In this document: positions 38,632 through 49,379 of the stretch, piece after piece | How positions within the stretch are numbered: position 1 is the stretch's first letter | Layout: each line of letters opens with the position of its first letter | Assembly (NCBI GenBank): GCA_014237915.1 | Contig: JABACC010000013.1 | Location: 568 to 64,567 of the forward strand | Reading direction: 5' to 3' | DNA from: Candidatus Paceibacter sp. | GTDB taxonomy: Bacteria; Patescibacteriota; Minisyncoccia; Phycocordibacterales; GCA-2747955 | Length of the DNA: 64,000 bases | The notes under the pieces: model-generated | What the model was told of the DNA's origin: nothing | Databases searched by the model: none | What the model saw: the letters and a program-made list of their open reading frames with translations, nothing else | Translations under genes and position numbers: made by a program

Positions 38632-41600
38632 TTAGAATTCTTTTCTTAACTCTTTTTCTTCCATTTTTTTATTATATTCTTCTTGAAGTTTTTGAATTTT
38701 TTTGAATTTTTTTGAATTTTCAAAACCAGATCCAGCAGGAATTAATCTTCCGATAATAACATTTTCTTTAAGGCCTTCAAGATTATCTCGAGCCCCTTTT
38801 AATGAAGAGTTTATTAGCATTTTAATAGTGTATTGGAAAGAAGCAGAGGAAAGAAATGATTTTCTAGAAAGAGAAACTTCTGTAATTCCTAAAATAAGAA
38901 TTTCTGATTCAATAAGATTTTTACCTTCGGTTTTTAAGTTTTTATTAACTTCTTCAATTTCTTTGTTTTCAATAATATCTCCAATCAAAAATTGAGAATC
39001 TCCAGGGTTTATTATTTTTGATCTTGAAAACATTTGTTTGATAACAACCTCTATGTGTTTTCTAGAAACTGATGATCCTTGAAGTTCATATATTTTTACA
39101 GATTCAGAAATAATGTAATCTTGAGTTTTAATAATTCCTGCATATTTTAATAATTCTTCAGTATTTGCAGATCCATCTGTTAAAATATCTCCTTTTTTTA
39201 TAATATCTCCTTTTTTAAAGATAGGTGTTCTTAAGTAAGGAATTGAGTACTCAGCTTCTCCTTCTTTTTTGTCTTCAGATAAGATTTTTAAAATTTTCTT
39301 CTTTCCATCTTCCTCTATTGATAAAATTTCTCCATCTGATTTTGAAATAACAGCTGGTACCTTTGGTTTTCTTTTTTCAAAAATTTCCTCAACACGTGGA
39401 AGACCCATAGTAATATCTCCTTGCTCTGATGAAACTCCTCCTGAGTGAAAAGTACGCATGGTAAGCTGAGTTCCTGGTTCTCCAATAGCTTGAGCTGCGA
39501 TAGTTCCGACTGTTTCCCCTAAATCAACAACGTCATCTCCACTCATGTCAATTCCGTAACATTTTTGACAAATTCCAGTTCCTGTTTTACACAAAGCGGG
39601 AGATCTCACAAAAACTTCTTCAATTCCAAGTTCCTCTATATCCAAAGCATCTTTTGGAATAAGGAAATGTCCTTTTTTATATAAAACATTTTCCTTAAGA
39701 TCTTTAATGTCTTCTGCTAAAAACCTTCCTTTAATATTCTTAGCTAATGAAAGGCCTATTCCGCTTTTGTCTGTAAAAACCCTTATTGATTCTTTTGTTT
39801 TACAGTCTTCTTCTCGAATTAAAACATCTTGACAAACATCAAATAATTTTCTTGTCAAATAACCAGCCTTTGCTGTGTTTAAAGCAGTGTCAGAAAGACC
39901 TTTTCTTGATCCATGGGTTGTAATAAAATACTCTAAAGGGTTTAAGCCTTCCTTTGCTGAAGATTTTACAGGAGATTCAATGTCTTCATTTAAAACATTT
40001 AAAACAATTCCTTTCATTCCCGCCATCGTTGAAAGGTTACCTTTTTTACCACGAGCTCCAGAACTAATAATGTCTGAAACAGAAGAATTTTCTTTCATAC
40101 TTTTTGAAATTTCTTCGTCTACTTTAGCCTTTGTTTCATACCAAATTTGTACATTTTTTCTTTTTCTTTCTTCTTTTGTAATTAGTCCCTCATTGTAATG
40201 GTTCCAAATTTCTGCAATTTTTTCTTCCCCTTCTTTTATAAAGATCGGTTTTTTTTCTGGAACAACAACATCATCGTTCCCCCAAGTTATTCCTGATTTT
40301 GTGGCGTACTTAAAGCCGAAATTTTTAATATCATCTAAAATTTTAGGGATTCCTTCAAGACCGTATTGAACAACAAGGTCTTCTTCTAATTCCAAAACAT
40401 TTTTCAAATTCATTATTTCATTTACAAAAGAATAATCGCTTGGAAGATACGAATTAAAAAATAGTCTACCAACAGTAGTTTCAAAAAGAGTATTTTGATA
40501 TTTTTTATATTTATCTGTTTCTGTCCCCAAAACTTTTATCTTGGCTCTAAAATCAATAATTCCAAATTCATAAGCGTTTATAGCATCGTTTGGTGAAGAA
40601 AAAATCTTTCCTTCTCCTTTAGCTTTATCTAAAATTTTTGTTGACCAGTAAGTTCCTAGAACAATATCTAGTCTGGAAGAAATTACTAAGTCACCATTTC
40701 CAGGTTTAAGAGGATTTTCTCTTGCAGAAATAATGGTTTTTGCTTCATCTTGAGCTTCAAGAGAAATTGGAAGATGTACAGACATTGTGTCTCCATCAAA
40801 GTCGGCATTAAATCCAGTACAAACAAGCGGGTGTATTCTAATTGATTGCCCTTCTGTTAAGATCGGTTTGAAAGCTAAAATTCCTAATTTATGCAAAGTT
40901 GGGGCTCTGTTTAATAAAACATATTTTCCTTCAATAACTTCCTCAAGATAAGCCCAGACAACATCGTCTCCATCGTCTATCATTTTTCCAGCAATTTTTA
41001 TATTATGTGCAAACTCATTTTCAATTAATTTTGAAATTATAAAAGGTCTGAAAAGTTCAAGGGCCATATGTTTTGGAATACCACACTCATCAATATTTAA
41101 TTCAGGTCCAACAACGATGACAGAACGAGCAGAATAGTCAACTCTTTTTCCTAAAAGATTTTGTCTAAAAATTCCTTGCTTTCCTTTTATGTTATCTGAT
41201 AACGATTTTAATGGTCTTCTTTGAGCTTTAGACATTGCAGCAGAAGCAGTGTTGTGACGCATATTATTGTCAATAAGAGCATCCACAGCTTCTTGTAAAA
41301 TTCTTTTTTCATTTCTTAAAATAACATCCGGAGCATTTATCTCAATAAGTCTTTTTAAACGATTATTTCTATTTAAAACTCTTCTGTATAAATCATTTAA
41401 ATCTGAAGATGCGTGCCTTCCAGACCCAAGTGAAACAATTGGTCTTAAAGCTGGTGGAATAACTGGGATTTTAGTCAAAAACATCCATTCTGGTTTAACC
41501 TCAGATTTTATTAATTGTTTAATATAAGTTAGTCTTTTTAAAATTTTTGTTCTTTCTACTTGAGTTGCTTCTCTTGAAGTTTCTTCTAGCTCTTTTTCTA

Positions 41601-42288
41601 TTTTCTTTAAATCTAGTTTTTTACAAATTTCATAAATTGCATCAGCTCCTATTTCTGCCTCAAAAAGATTTTCATATTTTCTAGAAAGTTTCGCATAATT
41701 TAACTCATCAAAGATAATGTTTTCTTTTATTAAATTAATTTCTTTTTTAACTTTAGAAAAAGCTGTTTTTATTTTGTCTAAAATTTCTTCTTCATCTATA
41801 TTTTCTACTTTTTTCTTATACTCAGATTCCAACTCAATTAAAATTTCTTTTTTCTTTTTCTCATCAACTTTTGTAACAATATAGGAAGAAAAATAAATAA
41901 CTTTTTCAAGTTCAGAAACTGGAATACTTAAAATAGTAGCAAGTCTAGACGGAATAGATCTTAAATACCAAATATGAGAAACTGGTGTGGCAAGCTCAAT
42001 GTGACCCATTCTTCTTCTTCTTACAATTGCTTTTGTGATTTCTACTCCGCATTTTTCACAAATTATTCCTTTGTATCGAATACCCTTATATTTCCCACAA
42101 TAACACTCATAATCTTTTTCAGGTCCAAAAACTCTTTCATCAAAAAGACCTCCTTTCTCACTTTTTTGAGTTCTATAATTTATTGTTTCTGGTCTTAGAA
42201 TTTCTCCAGAAGACCAAGACTCAATGTCTTCAGGTGAGGCTAATTTTATTTCTAGAAAATCGAAATTTTTAAATTTTAATTCTTTCAT
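38632..42288 (-). CDS. rpoC: RNA polymerase beta' subunit
   Basis: Zn finger C.CGKY, LLGKRVDYS, NRAPTLH, NADFDGD, GEPGTQLTMRTFH. Confidence 0.99.
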   Translation of the reverse strand: MKELKFKNFDFLEIKLASPEDIESWSSGEILRPETINYRTQKSEKGGLFDERVFGPEKDYECYCGKYKGIRYKGIICEKCGVEITKAIVRRRRMGHIELATPVSHIWYLRSIPSRLATILSIPVSELEKVIYFSSYIVTKVDEKKKKEILIELESEYKKKVENIDEEEILDKIKTAFSKVKKEINLIKENIIFDELNYAKLSRKYENLFEAEIGADAIYEICKKLDLKKIEKELEETSREATQVERTKILKRLTYIKQLIKSEVKPEWMFLTKIPVIPPALRPIVSLGSGRHASSDLNDLYRRVLNRNNRLKRLIEINAPDVILRNEKRILQEAVDALIDNNMRHNTASAAMSKAQRRPLKSLSDNIKGKQGIFRQNLLGKRVDYSARSVIVVGPELNIDECGIPKHMALELFRPFIISKLIENEFAHNIKIAGKMIDDGDDVVWAYLEEVIEGKYVLLNRAPTLHKLGILAFKPILTEGQSIRIHPLVCTGFNADFDGDTMSVHLPISLEAQDEAKTIISARENPLKPGNGDLVISSRLDIVLGTYWSTKILDKAKGEGKIFSSPNDAINAYEFGIIDFRAKIKVLGTETDKYKKYQNTLFETTVGRLFFNSYLPSDYSFVNEIMNLKNVLELEEDLVVQYGLEGIPKILDDIKNFGFKYATKSGITWGNDDVVVPEKKPIFIKEGEEKIAEIWNHYNEGLITKEERKRKNVQIWYETKAKVDEEISKSMKENSSVSDIISSGARGKKGNLSTMAGMKGIVLNVLNEDIESPVKSSAKEGLNPLEYFITTHGSRKGLSDTALNTAKAGYLTRKLFDVCQDVLIREEDCKTKESIRVFTDKSGIGLSLAKNIKGRFLAEDIKDLKENVLYKKGHFLIPKDALDIEELGIEEVFVRSPALCKTGTGICQKCYGIDMSGDDVVDLGETVGTIAAQAIGEPGTQLTMRTFHSGGVSSEQGDITMGLPRVEEIFEKRKPKVPAVISKSDGEILSIEEDGKKKILKILSEDKKEGEAEYSIPYLRTPIFKKGDIIKKGDILTDGSANTEELLKYAGIIKTQDYIISESVKIYELQGSSVSRKHIEVVIKQMFSRSKIINPGDSQFLIGDIIENKEIEEVNKNLKTEGKNLIESEILILGITEVSLSRKSFLSSASFQYTIKMLINSSLKGARDNLEGLKENVIIGRLIPAGSGFENSKKFKKIQKLQEEYNKKMEEKELRKEF

Positions 42289-42317
42289 ACTTTTTATATT
42301 ATTATTTATTAAAATTA

Positions 42318-45300
42318 TTAATCATCATATTCATTTTCACCCATTTCTATGCTTAGAGATAATCCTCTTAAGGTTGATAACATCACATTAAAAGATTCTG
42401 GAGTATTTGGTAAAATAAAGTTTTCACCTTTAACTATAGAGTCGTACATAGCAGCTCTTCCTAAAATATCGTCTGATTTAACAGTTAATATTTCTCTTAA
42501 GGCGTAAGCTGCTCCATGGCCCAATAGAGCCCAGACTTCCATTTCTCCAAACCTTTGTCCTCCTTCTTGAGCTTTTCCACCAAGTGGTTGTTGGTTTATA
42601 AGAGAGTAAGGCCCTGTCGAACGAACATGCATTTTGTCATCAATCATATGGTGTAATTTCAAAATATACATATATCCAACAGTAACATCTTGAGAAAAAG
42701 CTTCTCCTGTGAGACCATCGTAAAGTTTTATTTTTCCTGATTCTGAAAAACCAGCTTTTTTTAATTCAGTTTTAATCTCCTCATCTGTGGCAGACGAAAA
42801 AGGAGGAACTATTGCTTGATAATTTAAAGTATTAGCAGCTAAGCCAAGATGAACTTCTAAAATTTGTCCTAAGTTCATACGCGAAGGCACACCTAACGGA
42901 GACAAAACAACATCGATAGGTTCTCCATCTTTTGTATAAGGCATATCCTCTTCTGGTAAAATCACTGAAACAACTCCTTTGTTTCCGTATCTTCCTGCCA
43001 TTTTATCTCCAACTTTTATATTTCTTAATTCAGCAACGTGAATATAAATTTTCTTTATAACTCCTGATTCTAACTCATCTCCCGAAGATCTGTCATAAGT
43101 TTTAACAGAAATAACCCTTCCTTTTTCTCCTGCTTTTAATTTTAACGATGTGTCTTTTACCTCTCTTGCTTTTTCACCAAAAATTGATCTTAAAAGTCTC
43201 TCTTCTGGGGTAAGCTGTGATTCTCCTTTTGGGGTTATTTTTCCAACTAAAATATCGCCTTTTGAAACTTCAGAGCCCACACGAATAATTCCCTCTTCGT
43301 CAAGATTTTTAATTTTTGCTTCTGAGACGTTTGGAATATCGTGGGTTGTTTGTTCTGGGCCAAGTTTTGTATCTCTTATGTCCACAATATACTCTTTAAT
43401 ATAGATATTTGTAAATTTAGATTTTTTAACAACTCTTTCGGAAATAACAATCGCATCTTCGTAATTAGAACCATAAAAAGACATAAAGGCTACTAGCATA
43501 TTTTTTCCAACAGAAATTTGACCATTTGCTGAAGATGTATTGTCGGCTAAAAGTTCCCCCTTTCTAACTTTTTGTCCCATTTTAACAGACGGTCTTTGGT
43601 GAGATAAGGAAAAGTTATTTGTTCTTGAAAAATTAATAAGTTTATGTTTTTTTGTTTTTGTTTTGTGTTTTATTTCAATTTTTTCTCCATCCACAAATAC
43701 AATTTCTCCTTCATCTTCAGCATATAAATTTCTTCCAGTATATCTTGCAGCCTTTTCTTCAATTCCAGTAGCCACAATTGGAGCCTCTGGATTTATACAA
43801 GGAACTGCTTGTCTTTGCATGTTTGAACCCATCAAAGCTCTGTTAGCTTCATTGTGCCCAACAAATGGAATCATCGATGTCGCTATAGAAAAAATTTGAT
43901 AATGAGAAATATCGATAAATTCTACCTCATTTTTTGAAACTTTTACCGGTTCTGAGCCTTTCCTAACTTCAATAATTTTTTCTTTAATTTCTCCAGTTTT
44001 TTCATCAACTTCAGCTGCATAATGAGCAATCGCGAATTTTGCTTCTTCGTAAGCATCTAAATATACAATTTCTTTTGTTACTTTTCCATTTTTTACCTTT
44101 GCGTAAGGTGTTTGAATAATTCCATACTTATTAACTTTTGCGTAAGTTGAAAGTCTTAAAATAAGACCAATATTTTGACCTTCTGGTGTTTGGATTGGGC
44201 AAACTCTTCCGTAATGTGAAGGATGGACATCTCTAACCTCAAAACCAGCTCTTTCTCGAACAAGACCTCCTGGTCCTAAGGCTGAGACTGTTCTTAAATT
44301 TTCTAATTCAGAAAGCATATTATCTTGATCCATAAATTGGGAAAGTGGATTTGTATTAAAAAATTCTTTTATTTTTGCTTCGATTGGTCTTGGGTTTATA
44401 AAATGTGATGGATTAGTTTCGGTAGTATCCACAATAGACATTCTGTCTTGAATATTTCTTTTAATTTGTAACATTCCCATTCTAAATCTTTGCTCAATAA
44501 GCTCATCAAAAAATCTTAATCTTCGAGATCCTAAATTATCAATATCATCTGGTTGAGCATCTATGTCATTATTTAAAGAAACTATTTTTTTTATAATTTC
44601 TGAAAAATCTCTAAACTCTAAAGTTTTTTCTTTTTTTGAATAGTTTGTTTTTTCTTCGGAAAAAAATCTTGAATTAAATCTAATTCTTCCAATTTCTGAA
44701 AGATCGTATCTGTCTTCTGTAAAAAGTGTGTCAATATAATTTTTAGAAACTTGAGATGTTACCATTTCCCCATCTCTTAATCTTTTGTAAATTTCTAAAT
44801 AAGAATCGTCTAGATTTAAAGCCGGGTCTTTTTTAAAAGTTTTCTCCATATATTCTCTAACGTTTTCATCTTCAAAAGAATTTATTATTTCTTCATCTTT
44901 TTTATTAGGAGCAAAAATTCTTAGAAGTGAAGAAATCGGCATTTTTCTTTTTCTATCAAGTTTCACATAAATTATATCGTTTGAATCTGATTCAATTTCA
45001 ATCCAAGACCCTCTGGCTGGAATTATTTTGGCACCAAAATTTCTTCTAACTTTTGTTTCATCAACTGTGAAAAAAATTCCGTAAGATCTGGCAAGCTGTG
45101 GAATAATAACTCTTTCAACCCCGTTAACAACAAAAGTTCCATGGTCTGTCATTTTTGGAAGATTAAACATAAAAATTTCCTCTTCTTTTTCTTCTCCGGT
45201 GGTTTTATTTAAAAGTGCAAAAGTAGCTTTAACAGAAACAAAATAAGTTCCTCTGTTTTGTTCTTTTGCATCATATTCTCCAGAATCATTTTCAATAATT

Positions 45301-45485
45301 TTAAATGATTTAAAAATAATATCGTATTTTTTTTCTGAATAATCAGAAATAGGAGAAAGCTCAGAAAAAACTTCCTTTATTTTGTTTTTAATAAAATTGT
45401 CGTATGAGTTTAGGTGGTGCTCAACCAGATTTGGAATTTCTATCATCGGTTTTCTATACCGAGAAAAAGTTTTTTGTTCCAACAT
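42318..45485 (-). CDS. rpoB: RNA polymerase beta subunit
   Basis: NGVERV, VRDVHPSHYGRVCP.QTPEG.NIG, GDKMAGR.GNKG, GGQRFGEME. Confidence 0.99.
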   Translation of the reverse strand: MLEQKTFSRYRKPMIEIPNLVEHHLNSYDNFIKNKIKEVFSELSPISDYSEKKYDIIFKSFKIIENDSGEYDAKEQNRGTYFVSVKATFALLNKTTGEEKEEEIFMFNLPKMTDHGTFVVNGVERVIIPQLARSYGIFFTVDETKVRRNFGAKIIPARGSWIEIESDSNDIIYVKLDRKRKMPISSLLRIFAPNKKDEEIINSFEDENVREYMEKTFKKDPALNLDDSYLEIYKRLRDGEMVTSQVSKNYIDTLFTEDRYDLSEIGRIRFNSRFFSEEKTNYSKKEKTLEFRDFSEIIKKIVSLNNDIDAQPDDIDNLGSRRLRFFDELIEQRFRMGMLQIKRNIQDRMSIVDTTETNPSHFINPRPIEAKIKEFFNTNPLSQFMDQDNMLSELENLRTVSALGPGGLVRERAGFEVRDVHPSHYGRVCPIQTPEGQNIGLILRLSTYAKVNKYGIIQTPYAKVKNGKVTKEIVYLDAYEEAKFAIAHYAAEVDEKTGEIKEKIIEVRKGSEPVKVSKNEVEFIDISHYQIFSIATSMIPFVGHNEANRALMGSNMQRQAVPCINPEAPIVATGIEEKAARYTGRNLYAEDEGEIVFVDGEKIEIKHKTKTKKHKLINFSRTNNFSLSHQRPSVKMGQKVRKGELLADNTSSANGQISVGKNMLVAFMSFYGSNYEDAIVISERVVKKSKFTNIYIKEYIVDIRDTKLGPEQTTHDIPNVSEAKIKNLDEEGIIRVGSEVSKGDILVGKITPKGESQLTPEERLLRSIFGEKAREVKDTSLKLKAGEKGRVISVKTYDRSSGDELESGVIKKIYIHVAELRNIKVGDKMAGRYGNKGVVSVILPEEDMPYTKDGEPIDVVLSPLGVPSRMNLGQILEVHLGLAANTLNYQAIVPPFSSATDEEIKTELKKAGFSESGKIKLYDGLTGEAFSQDVTVGYMYILKLHHMIDDKMHVRSTGPYSLINQQPLGGKAQEGGQRFGEMEVWALLGHGAAYALREILTVKSDDILGRAAMYDSIVKGENFILPNTPESFNVMLSTLRGLSLSIEMGENEYDD

Positions 45486-45647
45486 ATAAAAAATAATTTT
45501 TAGTCTAATTTAAATAAAAATAAAAAATCCAGTAATACTCAATCGTGCGGAAAAATTGTTAACTATTATATCAAAAAAAATAAAAAAATATATAGCTTGA
45601 GTGTATAAAAAGTGGAAAAATAAAAAAATATTTTTTAAATTTTTTAT

Positions 45648-45839
45648 AAGAAAAAATCTCCCGAAGGAGATTTTTTCAAGTTGAGCCTCCGGAAAGAAAC
45701 TCAATTGAGAACTTTAATTCCGAAAAACTAAATTTCTCAATTGAGTTTTCAAACACAAGTGCTTAAAAACTCGAGGGTTTGAAATAAAATAAATTCTATT
45801 TCAATTATCGAAAATTTAAGTAAACTCAAACTTTCAATA
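45648..45839 (-). ncRNA. Candidate structured RNA: five tandem hairpins with UUGA...UCAA bases plus a C-UUCG-G terminator
   Basis: TTGGTA-16-TATAAT promoter (45872-45845); hairpins 45806-45839, 45779-45804, 45741-45774, 45705-45740, 45681-45704; about 9 G-U wobbles on - strand versus 1 on +; terminator 45651-45676. Confidence 0.7.
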
Positions 45840-45899
45840 TTTAAATTATATAAATTTTAAAAAAATTACCAAATTTTTCTTTTATACTTTTTCCAAATT

Positions 45900-45908
45900 T
45901 TATCCACA
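45900..45908 (+). promoter_or_regulatory. Single perfect DnaA box TTATCCACA
   Basis: Exact consensus match in the ddl-rpoB intergenic region; no cluster of boxes. Confidence 0.35.
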
Positions 45909-45951
45909 AACTTTTTAACATTGTTTTTTTTAAAAAATATTCAGAACAAGG

Positions 45952-45979
45952 AAAAAGTGCGCGGCCGAAGGCCGCGCAC
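45952..45979 (-). repeat. Family A palindrome GTGCGC-GGC-C-GAA-G-GCC-GCGCAC (likely ddl terminator)
   Basis: Core 45957-45979 followed by T5 on - strand. Confidence 0.8.
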
Positions 45980-46003
45980 AACCTCCACTAAAATAATCAA
46001 CGA

Positions 46004-47188
46004 CTAATTTTTTAGTTTCATGCTATTTGCTTTTTCAAGTACATCAGTATTAAATTCAGTTTTTATTTCTTCTCTTTTTTTAAAAGATTTTATTCCGTCT
46101 TTTAACATTTTTTCAATAACTTTTTCTATAGAAATTCCAGATTTTTCCCAAAGGTGATGGTATAGAGTTCCGGGTAAGGTATTTATTTCATTAGCAAAAA
46201 TTTCTCCACTCTCTGTATTTAAAAGAAAGTCAATTCTTATATTTCCATTTCCTTTTAATTTTTCAAAAATTTCTTTTGAAAAAGATTTGATTTTTTCCTC
46301 TTGCTCTTTATTTATATTTGCTGGAATTATAATATTTTCTTTAGCTTTTCCTGTTTGCGCTCCCCCGTCTTCTAAATACTTTACAGAATAATCAAAAAGA
46401 TCTGAAGAAAAAACTGATTCTTGAATTTCTGAAACAATATTTTTTTCTCTGCCTGACAAAACAGCGCAGGTTAAGTCTTTAATATTTTCTACTGAATTTT
46501 CGACAATAATTTTTTGATCATAATAAAAAGCAAGATCAAGAGCTTGTTTTAAATCCTCAGGTTTTTTTACTTTTGAAATTCCAATTGATGATCCTGCTCT
46601 TGCCGGTTTTATAAAAATAGGAAAGCTCAAGGTATTTTCTATTTCAGAAAAAATTTGATCTTGATTATTTTGATAATTTTCTTTTTCAAAAAAAAGATGT
46701 TTTGTAGTTGGAATTGAAATTGAATTAAAAAAATTTTTAGTTAAAACTTTATCTATAGCTACAGACGAAGTAAAGATATTTGCTCCAGCGTACGGAGTTT
46801 TAAAAAACTCACAAAGCCCTTGTAAGGTACCATCTTCACCTAAAAGGCCGTGGAGAGCTGGAAAAACAAAATCAATTTCAATTTTTTTATTTTGTAAAAT
46901 TTTTTTATTTTCTAAAACTAACTTTTTTTTAGAATTTTTTAAATTTAAAAAAAGTGGACTAGAACTTTTTAATTTTTGATCAAAATCTTTTTTAAAAAAT
47001 TTTAACTCTGAAAGATCTTCAGCTGAATACCAAACTCCCTCTTTTGAAATATATACAGGAGAAACTAAAAAACCCATTTTTTTTAAATTTGAAATTATAA
47101 ATTGACCAGTAATTATCGAAATCTCATGTTCTGGGTTTTGGCCTCCAAAAAAAACTCCTATTTTTTTATTTTTTAAATATTCTATCAT
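46004..47188 (-). CDS. ddl: D-alanine--D-alanine ligase
   Basis: FFGG...EHEIS, FPALHG..GEDG.LQG, IKPA..GSSIGISKV, RIDF, NEINTLPG. Confidence 0.95.
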   Translation of the reverse strand: MIEYLKNKKIGVFFGGQNPEHEISIITGQFIISNLKKMGFLVSPVYISKEGVWYSAEDLSELKFFKKDFDQKLKSSSPLFLNLKNSKKKLVLENKKILQNKKIEIDFVFPALHGLLGEDGTLQGLCEFFKTPYAGANIFTSSVAIDKVLTKNFFNSISIPTTKHLFFEKENYQNNQDQIFSEIENTLSFPIFIKPARAGSSIGISKVKKPEDLKQALDLAFYYDQKIIVENSVENIKDLTCAVLSGREKNIVSEIQESVFSSDLFDYSVKYLEDGGAQTGKAKENIIIPANINKEQEEKIKSFSKEIFEKLKGNGNIRIDFLLNTESGEIFANEINTLPGTLYHHLWEKSGISIEKVIEKMLKDGIKSFKKREEIKTEFNTDVLEKANSMKLKN

Positions 47189-47192
47189 TTAT

Positions 47193-48578
47193 TTATAAAT
47201 AATTATCTGTTGTGTCGTTTTGGAAAATAATTGTATCATTATATTTTAACACATTGGCTAAGTCGTCGTGAGCCTCTTTTGCATTTTGGTAAAATTTAAA
47301 ATTAGAAAAATTTTTATCTAAAAACCTTTCTCTTATAATTTCTGTATTTTTATTTTTAATAAGTATCACAAAATCAATTTTTTCTATATACAAATCTGCA
47401 ATTTTTCTGTGAATTTCTGTTGATTTTTTTCCAAGCTCTACAAGTCCTGGAGTTAAAACAACTTTTCTTCCTTTGGCTCTTTGTAAAATATTTATCCCCT
47501 CAACAAAACCTTTAAAATTTCCATTATAACTGTCGTCTATAACTATTTTTTCTGAATCAGTATTTTTTAAAACTTCCAACCTGTGTTTTACGGGCTCAAT
47601 CTTTGAAAGACCTTTTTTAAAATGAGTTTTTTCAAGGTTTAAACTTTTAGAAAGCTCGTACGCCACAATAATAAAATCTATAAAATAATCCGCAATTATT
47701 GGTGAAGAAAAATTTTCATTTTCAAAAGAAAAACTTATTCCAGAAAAATTTTCTAAATATTTTAAATATTTAATATTTTCTTTTTGGCAAATTTTTGATA
47801 TTTTTATTTTATTTTTAATTTTTTCATCTGCAAATTTTTCAACATTTTCATCACAAGAATTTAAAAAAGCTTCTTTTTTTGTATTATTTGCAAGCTCAAA
47901 TTTTACTGAAACTATATTTTCAAAAGAACCAAAACGCTCTAAATGAGAAAGTCCGATTGCTGTTGTTACTGAATAATCTGGATTTATTATGTTACATAAT
48001 TTTTCGATATCACCAATTTTATAAGCCCCCATTTCACAAATTAAAATATCACACTTTAAAAGTTTTTCTTTATTTTTTAAAATATAATTAGCCACGCCAA
48101 TTTCTGTATTTATGTTTCCTGGGAAAGAAAAAATTTTATATTTTTCAGATAAAACAGTATTCAAAAGATTTTTCATAGTTGTTTTTCCATAACTCCCTGT
48201 AATTCCAATTGTTTTTGTTTTTCCTTTTTTAGCTTTTTCGATGTAATTTTTAGCTTTTTTAATATTTAATTTTTTAGTAAATAAAACAAAAGGAAAAATT
48301 AAAATGTCTGAAAAAATTATTAAAAATGGTAAAAGAATAATTTCTAAAATTAGAAAAAATAAAAATAGAAAAAAAGATAAATAACAATAAGATAAAATTA
48401 AAAATAAAATAAATATTAAAGGAGTTAAGAAAAAAATAAGAGTTGATCTTTTTGTCCAAACAAGATCATTTCTTTTTTTTAAGGTAAACCAATTTATTTT
48501 TTTAAAAACAAAAAGTAAAAATCTTTTTTTATCATAATTTTCTAGCTGGTAAATATAAATTAAATTTTTTAATATCAT
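47193..48578 (-). CDS. murF: UDP-N-acetylmuramoyl-tripeptide--D-Ala-D-Ala ligase with N-terminal TM segments
   Basis: GITGSYGKTT.K, N.NTEIG, EMGA, HLERFGS, IDDSYN.N, PGLVELG. Confidence 0.92.
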   Translation of the reverse strand: MILKNLIYIYQLENYDKKRFLLFVFKKINWFTLKKRNDLVWTKRSTLIFFLTPLIFILFLILSYCYLSFFLFLFFLILEIILLPFLIIFSDILIFPFVLFTKKLNIKKAKNYIEKAKKGKTKTIGITGSYGKTTMKNLLNTVLSEKYKIFSFPGNINTEIGVANYILKNKEKLLKCDILICEMGAYKIGDIEKLCNIINPDYSVTTAIGLSHLERFGSFENIVSVKFELANNTKKEAFLNSCDENVEKFADEKIKNKIKISKICQKENIKYLKYLENFSGISFSFENENFSSPIIADYFIDFIIVAYELSKSLNLEKTHFKKGLSKIEPVKHRLEVLKNTDSEKIVIDDSYNGNFKGFVEGINILQRAKGRKVVLTPGLVELGKKSTEIHRKIADLYIEKIDFVILIKNKNTEIIRERFLDKNFSNFKFYQNAKEAHDDLANVLKYNDTIIFQNDTTDNYL

Positions 48579-49345
48579 TTTTCTAAAATTTTATTAAATA
48601 TTTCTAAAAATTCTTTTTCTGTAGGTGGTAAAAAAGGAAAATGGTTTGCCTTGATTTGAAAAAATTCTGCTCCAACTTTTTTTGATATTTTTTCTGCATC
48701 TTTTAAAAAAGCTTCTTTGTCGTTTTTTCCCCAAATAAAATAAGTCTTGTAATTTTTCAAATTTTTTGTTTTTTCTTCGATATTTTCTTCGATAATATTT
48801 TTAAAAGTTTCTCTCTCTTCCCTATTTTTTAAAACTTTATAATCACTCGATTCTATTTTTTTATACCAAAGATCTTTTAATTTTGTATTAACTTTTTCTG
48901 GCAAAAAAGAAAAAATGCTTTTAAAAAATTTTGTTAAAAATAAAATTATTTTATGAGAAAATTTTAGATTTCTTACAAAGGGCACGCCTGTTAAAATTAT
49001 TTTTTCTATATTTTGATATTTTTTGTTTTCAAGCATTTTCAAAATAACTCTACCGCCAAAAGAATGTGCCACAATAATTATTTTTTTACCTTTTGTTTTT
49101 TCTTCTAAAAATTTTGTTGTAAAATTAGCAAAATCATTTAAACTCCAAGTTTTTTTTAATTTTTCACTTGATCCAAATCCTGGAAAATCAAAAGTTAAAT
49201 AATTATTTAGATCTTTGTAAAGATAAAAAAAAGTTTTATAAGAAGCTCCCCATCCGTGCAGAAAAAAAACAACAGAAGAATTATCTGTTGTTTTTTCTAT
49301 GTATGAAATTTTTATATTTTCAAAAATAGTTTCTTTGTTTTCCAC
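48575..49345 (-). CDS. Alpha/beta hydrolase
   Basis: LHGWG, DFPGFG.S, AHSFGG nucleophile elbow, WG..D, HFPF. Confidence 0.88.
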   Translation of the reverse strand: MENKETIFENIKISYIEKTTDNSSVVFFLHGWGASYKTFFYLYKDLNNYLTFDFPGFGSSEKLKKTWSLNDFANFTTKFLEEKTKGKKIIIVAHSFGGRVILKMLENKKYQNIEKIILTGVPFVRNLKFSHKIILFLTKFFKSIFSFLPEKVNTKLKDLWYKKIESSDYKVLKNREERETFKNIIEENIEEKTKNLKNYKTYFIWGKNDKEAFLKDAEKISKKVGAEFFQIKANHFPFLPPTEKEFLEIFNKILEK

Positions 49346-49379
49346 AATATTAAAATTATAACAAAAAAATATAATTATA

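Noticed and set aside
45681-45839. Hairpin array as a CRISPR mini-array or integron attC cluster
   Set aside because: Only the 4-nt stem bases recur; no constant repeats with spacers, no RYYYAAC/GTTRRRY ends and no cassette ORFs
45860-45960. oriC around the perfect DnaA box
   Set aside because: Single box, no dnaA/dnaN nearby and no change in gene orientation there
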